Source: Promethearchaeota archaeon
GTDB taxonomy: Archaea; Asgardarchaeota; Lokiarchaeia; Sigyniarchaeales; SOKP01
DNA: 64,000 nt
Direction of reading: 5' to 3'
Assembly: GCA_030599585.1 (NCBI GenBank)
Contig: JAUVNS010000001.1
Coordinates: 96,001 to 160,000, forward strand
The notes below the pieces were generated by a model. It did not search any database. It saw only the letters and a list, made by a program, of their open reading frames with translations, and had not been told where the DNA came from. The stretch's first letter is position 1; every line of letters starts with the position of its first letter. Position numbers and translations under genes: made by a program. This document shows, piece by piece, positions 59,855-64,000 of this stretch.

Positions 59855-60394
59855 TTATTTCCATTTTTCATTTAAATCCTTTCTAGTTAAATTCCCTACT
59901 TGTTCTACAGCATAACGAACAAAATTACAGCATTTTTTTTCCCACACATTATTTTTCACATACTCTCTTATATTTAGACTTGTATTAACACCACAGATTT
60001 CTTCACAACTTAACGAACCAAATTGATTTTCAAATTTAGTAGCAAATCTTACTGCTTTTGCATAGATTTTTGGAACTTCGCTAGACTTAGCTTTTTCTTG
60101 ACCTCCCATAATGATACCCATCGCAGCTATACCTCCACCTACTGCACCACACGCGCCTTTCCAATTATTCTTACTAGTATAAGAAGCAAGACCACTAAAA
60201 GGAATCGCGAGATTATTGAAATAGTAACTTTTTAAAACATCACTTTCAAGCACATCTAATATACTCGTAAAGGTTAATGCTGCACAACTATTTCCTGGAT
60301 CTTTCCCTAAAGGGACGAGAGTCTCCTTTAACTCCTCTACTTTTTCTTTAAATTTAGTGCGATAATCTGTTTGTTTAATATTTGTCTCGTTCAT
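59855..60394 (-). CDS. C-GCAxxG-C-C family putative redox protein
   Basis: NSCAA, ACGAVGG, FGSLSCEEICG, KKCC. Confidence 0.85.
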   Translation of the reverse strand: MNETNIKQTDYRTKFKEKVEELKETLVPLGKDPGNSCAALTFTSILDVLESDVLKSYYFNNLAIPFSGLASYTSKNNWKGACGAVGGGIAAMGIIMGGQEKAKSSEVPKIYAKAVRFATKFENQFGSLSCEEICGVNTSLNIREYVKNNVWEKKCCNFVRYAVEQVGNLTRKDLNEKWK

Positions 60395-60448
60395 AATTAA
60401 GAAATTTATGAGTTTTAATTTATAAAGTTTACCCCTAATTTAAATAAA

Positions 60449-63316
60449 TTAGAAAACAATTTTCTTAGCTCTAGCGAAATACTTGAAAATTTCGATCCCA
60501 ATTATACCTGGCAGCGCGAGTAAAATACACATAATCCAATCAGTTCCACTCAAAAAGAGAAAGTTGATTTGTAGATCTAAACCGAATTCATCGTTTATAT
60601 AAAAATTAACGGCATTTGAAAATAACACGAATAAGACGTGTAAAGCGAGAGTAAATAAGCTTATTACGAGTAAAGTTAGCGAAAATTCGCTTTTAAGGCT
60701 TTTGAAAAGTGATTTGTTAGGCCGTCTGAACGTCCAGATGAATGTAGTTTCAACAATGTAGATCGTAGTGATAAACATAGTTCTTGCTTTTTGTGCTAAC
60801 AATTCGGGTTGCGTTGATCCAACAGGTATATAACTAATAGAAGAATTAAGATTCCATTCATTTAACGGAATTGCACCTCCTAATGTAAGTTGAAGAACTA
60901 ATACCAAACCGATTCCCATCAATAACGCTTGTATCACCAACATAATCCACATATTCTTGTTTAATAGTTGTTCCTCGTCTCTGGGATGTTCTTTCATCAC
61001 ATCTGTTGGATGTTTATCTATCACTAGAGCTAAAGCAGGTAAAGAATGAACGATTGCGTAGATGTAAATGTGTTGCCACTCTGAGCTAAACAATTCAAAT
61101 AATGGGACAAACTCATACGCAAAAAAAATAACGGATTCCATTAGATTTAAGCAGATAAAAAAGAATATTATGGTTCGAATTCTCGCAAATAATCCACGAC
61201 CAATTTTTACACCCCTAACTATGGATGTGAAGTTATCGTCGCTAACAACCATATCAGCAGTTTCTTTAGCAACATCAGTACCCATAATACCCATAGCTAT
61301 ACCTGCATTCGCTAGTTTTAAAGCTAGAGCGTCGTTAATACCATCCCCCGTCATCGCACAGATGTGATTCGCTGACTGATACTTTTCTATAATTATCTCT
61401 TTATCTGAAGGATTGACTCGTGCAAATACAGACACTTTATTGAAATTTTTATCGTTTAAATCGTTAATTTCTGAACCTTCTACGACTAAATCCCCTTCCT
61501 TGTAAATTCTCATTTGAGCTGCAATAGTTTTGGCAGTAGCTGGATGATCGCCTGTGATCATTGAAATCTTGATACCGGCTGATTCACATTCCTCTACTGA
61601 TGCTTTCACTCCCGGTTTAGGAGGGTCTAATATTGAAACAAAACCTAAGAAGACGAGATCATTTTCAACTTTTTGTCTTTTAAAATCTTGTTCATCCTCG
61701 ATTTTCCGATATCCAATAGCCAAGGTTCGATATCCTTGGTTCGCACGAGTTTGAATGTTCTCGATTAAGAGTTTTTTTGATTTTTCAGTTAATGTTTCTT
61801 CTACACCATTTATTTCAATTTTGTTTGTTATATCTAAGATCCTCTCCGGTGCTCCTTTCGAGAATGCTATAGTCTTAGTATCATCTGTATTAAGTTTACA
61901 CACAGTTGTCATCCGCTTAACTTCAGAATTAAACGAAAACTCCTTCAATATTGCGTATTTATTTTTCACATCATAAGGAATGTATCCCGCCTTTTCAGCT
62001 AACACTAATAAAGAAGCTTCTGTTGGCGAACCTAACGCTTTTCTTACGGCTATTTCCTTTGATTCTCTTAATTGAACTTTAACATCTTCATATACTAATT
62101 TAGCGTTATTATTTAAGACGCTTGAATCAATGAATTTGGTAAATGTAGGATTTTCCTTGAAGCTTATTTCCTTTCCATTTTCAAGAATAATTCCTTCAGG
62201 ATCATATCCTGAGCCAGTAACTTGGTATTCGTTGTTGTTTATCCATAATCTTTCAACGGTCATCTCGTTTTTAGTAATGGTTCCCGTCTTATCTGAACAA
62301 ATTACCGATACGCGCCCAAGAGATTCAATTGCTGACAAATTTTTTATAATTACTCCACTTTGAGCCATATTAAGTACCCCTGTAACGAGAACGAGAGTTG
62401 TCAATAAAGGTAGGTTAATAGGCATAATTCCCATTGATCTTAGAATAGAAGATATAATTGCATCTCTTATATTATCACCAAAAAATAGACCTTCTAACCC
62501 TAAAATGGAAAATTTATACACAATTAAGACGATTAGGTAAATGATAACTATCGTTCCAAGGATATACCCTAACCTATTTAGTTTTCTTGTTAGCGGAATG
62601 TCTTCGATACTTCCCATATCATTAAGTTGATTTGAAATTTTACCAATCTCAGTATTAAGGCCAGTTCCAGCGATAAGTGCTTTTCCTCTACCAGTATTTA
62701 TGTAAGTCCCCATGAACACCATATTGCTTTGTTTCTGAATGGGTAATTCTCTATCTTTTAGTGTCTTATTGTTTTTCTCTACCGGCTCGCTCTCCCCGGT
62801 GAGTGGAGCCTCGTCAACAGTTAAATTGGTTGACTCAATAATTCTCGCATCTGCACCGATTTTATCTCCTTGTTCTAATAAAATAATATCCCCTGGAACT
62901 AGTTCTTTGGTAGGAATCTCAAATTGAATTCCGTCTCGTAAAACAACCGTTTTTAAAGCGGCAATTTGCCTTAAAGCGTCTAATGCTTTTCGAGCTCTAT
63001 ATTGTTGAGTTATTACGGTTATTGAATTAATAACTACAACTGTAAAAGTAATGATTGTTGATGTTAGATCTCCGAGTATTATAACAATTACTGCTGAAAT
63101 AATCAGTATTATTATTAAAAAATTGAAAATTGGTGCTAAATAGATTTTCCAAAGAGATGCTTTAATTTTTGGTAATTCATTAAAGCCATATTTGATGTAT
63201 TTTTCCTCTATTTCAGAAGTTTTTAAACCATTGTTAGAATCTGTTTGAAATTTTGAAATTAAAGCATCAATTGGCTGGAAATATGGTTTATCAGAACGAA
63301 TTAGGGTTTGATTCAT
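60449..63316 (-). CDS. P-type ATPase paralog, atypical TM residues
   Basis: TGES, DKTGT, KGAPE, DPPK, TGD, GDGIND; TM4 PINLP. Confidence 0.95.
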   Translation of the reverse strand: MNQTLIRSDKPYFQPIDALISKFQTDSNNGLKTSEIEEKYIKYGFNELPKIKASLWKIYLAPIFNFLIIILIISAVIVIILGDLTSTIITFTVVVINSITVITQQYRARKALDALRQIAALKTVVLRDGIQFEIPTKELVPGDIILLEQGDKIGADARIIESTNLTVDEAPLTGESEPVEKNNKTLKDRELPIQKQSNMVFMGTYINTGRGKALIAGTGLNTEIGKISNQLNDMGSIEDIPLTRKLNRLGYILGTIVIIYLIVLIVYKFSILGLEGLFFGDNIRDAIISSILRSMGIMPINLPLLTTLVLVTGVLNMAQSGVIIKNLSAIESLGRVSVICSDKTGTITKNEMTVERLWINNNEYQVTGSGYDPEGIILENGKEISFKENPTFTKFIDSSVLNNNAKLVYEDVKVQLRESKEIAVRKALGSPTEASLLVLAEKAGYIPYDVKNKYAILKEFSFNSEVKRMTTVCKLNTDDTKTIAFSKGAPERILDITNKIEINGVEETLTEKSKKLLIENIQTRANQGYRTLAIGYRKIEDEQDFKRQKVENDLVFLGFVSILDPPKPGVKASVEECESAGIKISMITGDHPATAKTIAAQMRIYKEGDLVVEGSEINDLNDKNFNKVSVFARVNPSDKEIIIEKYQSANHICAMTGDGINDALALKLANAGIAMGIMGTDVAKETADMVVSDDNFTSIVRGVKIGRGLFARIRTIIFFFICLNLMESVIFFAYEFVPLFELFSSEWQHIYIYAIVHSLPALALVIDKHPTDVMKEHPRDEEQLLNKNMWIMLVIQALLMGIGLVLVLQLTLGGAIPLNEWNLNSSISYIPVGSTQPELLAQKARTMFITTIYIVETTFIWTFRRPNKSLFKSLKSEFSLTLLVISLFTLALHVLFVLFSNAVNFYINDEFGLDLQINFLFLSGTDWIMCILLALPGIIGIEIFKYFARAKKIVF

Positions 63317-63421
63317 CTCAGTATCATTCTCAATTTACGAATGTATCAAAATTTAATAAATATTGATTTAAACATTTTTAATTATATAATTTTTTCTCTA
63401 AAACAAAGTTAACTGTTATAA

Positions 63422-64000
63422 TTAGAGATTAAATTCGGATGGATCTCCTAATATATCAATTAATATGTGATATTTTTTCCTAATTGTTGTACTCGAAAAT
63501 CTGCTTGTTTGTTCAACAATACTTTGAGTAAAAATCTTGCGATTATCTAAAGATTGTCCAATGTAATAGATTAATCCTGCGGTAAAAGCCTTGTAGTTCA
63601 TGTTTAGGATTTGCTCGTAATTAATTTTCAGTAAAATTTTAGCTGCAATTAATTGCAATTCCAACTTTAATTTGGTGTAATCTGACTCGCTGGAGAAGTG
63701 TTGTTTGACGTGTTCAAAATTGATATTGTTTAAATCCTTTTGAAATAAAATTTTAATTTTATTCTTTATATCTTCTTCTAGATTTTCTGCGTTTTTATAT
63801 CCTTTCAGCCTTTTCTCCGTTCTTTTGACTTTGAGCATTGCATTTGCGAGCATCTTTTTGTTTATCTTGTGCCCTAACTCCTTAGATGCTTTGATGAAAT
63901 CTTCAATCCTCACATTTGTAGTTTCTTTTATTTCCATCCAAATGATTGCCAGAAAGATGATTACCATATTTTCATAAGTCTGTCTATGATATTTGTTATA
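63422..64000 (-). CDS. TFB/TFIIB-like cyclin-fold protein, 5' end outside the window
   Basis: AGLIYY...FTQSIVEQTSRFSSTTIRKKY resembles the TFB second cyclin repeat; frame open to 64000. Confidence 0.6.
   Translation of the reverse strand, partial: YNKYHRQTYENMVIIFLAIIWMEIKETTNVRIEDFIKASKELGHKINKKMLANAMLKVKRTEKRLKGYKNAENLEEDIKNKIKILFQKDLNNINFEHVKQHFSSESDYTKLKLELQLIAAKILLKINYEQILNMNYKAFTAGLIYYIGQSLDNRKIFTQSIVEQTSRFSSTTIRKKYHILIDILGDPSEFNL

Noticed and set aside
1406-62927. Short antisense or nested ORFs in the track (e.g. 1406, 2992, 10046, 43601, 47688, 56688, 58512, 61068)
   Set aside because: They overlap well-supported genes on the opposite strand or in another frame and lack motifs; treated as shadow ORFs
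1-64000. tRNA, rRNA, CRISPR array, integrase or transposase genes
   Set aside because: None recognised by eye; tRNAscan-SE/Infernal would be needed to exclude small RNAs formally

Overview
AT-rich archaeal DNA whose gene content points to an Asgard archaeon, probably Lokiarchaeia (inference): Rag/Arf- and Rab-like small GTPases, longin and roadblock domains, L13e, a TFB-like cyclin fold, and an IPGY-type C-terminal anchor. There are about 53 CDSs. I recognised no rRNA, tRNA, CRISPR array, integrase or transposase. Main observations: (1) Two Rag-like GTPases and a roadblock protein cluster at 1.4-6.7 kb. One Rag is fused to a longin domain carrying the folliculin/SMCR8 'DxxARG' arginine-finger motif, and the same domain is fused to a Rab-like GTPase at 22.3 kb. 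This is a candidate ancestral Rag-FLCN-Ragulator-like switch. (2) Four tandem stand-alone 7-TM receptor-like paralogs, each with its own copied promoter. (3) Two P-type ATPases whose Ca-binding residues are replaced (TM4 PIN[I/L]P, TM6 Asp to His). (4) Two integrase-less islets bounded by diverged copies of host gene 3' ends; one carries a pseudo-Rab and a GC-rich structured element. (5) A 1837-aa CUB/Ig-repeat membrane protein with a cytoplasmic longin domain. (6) Several gene remnants and likely non-AUG starts. All family assignments come from motif recognition by eye, not from database searches.
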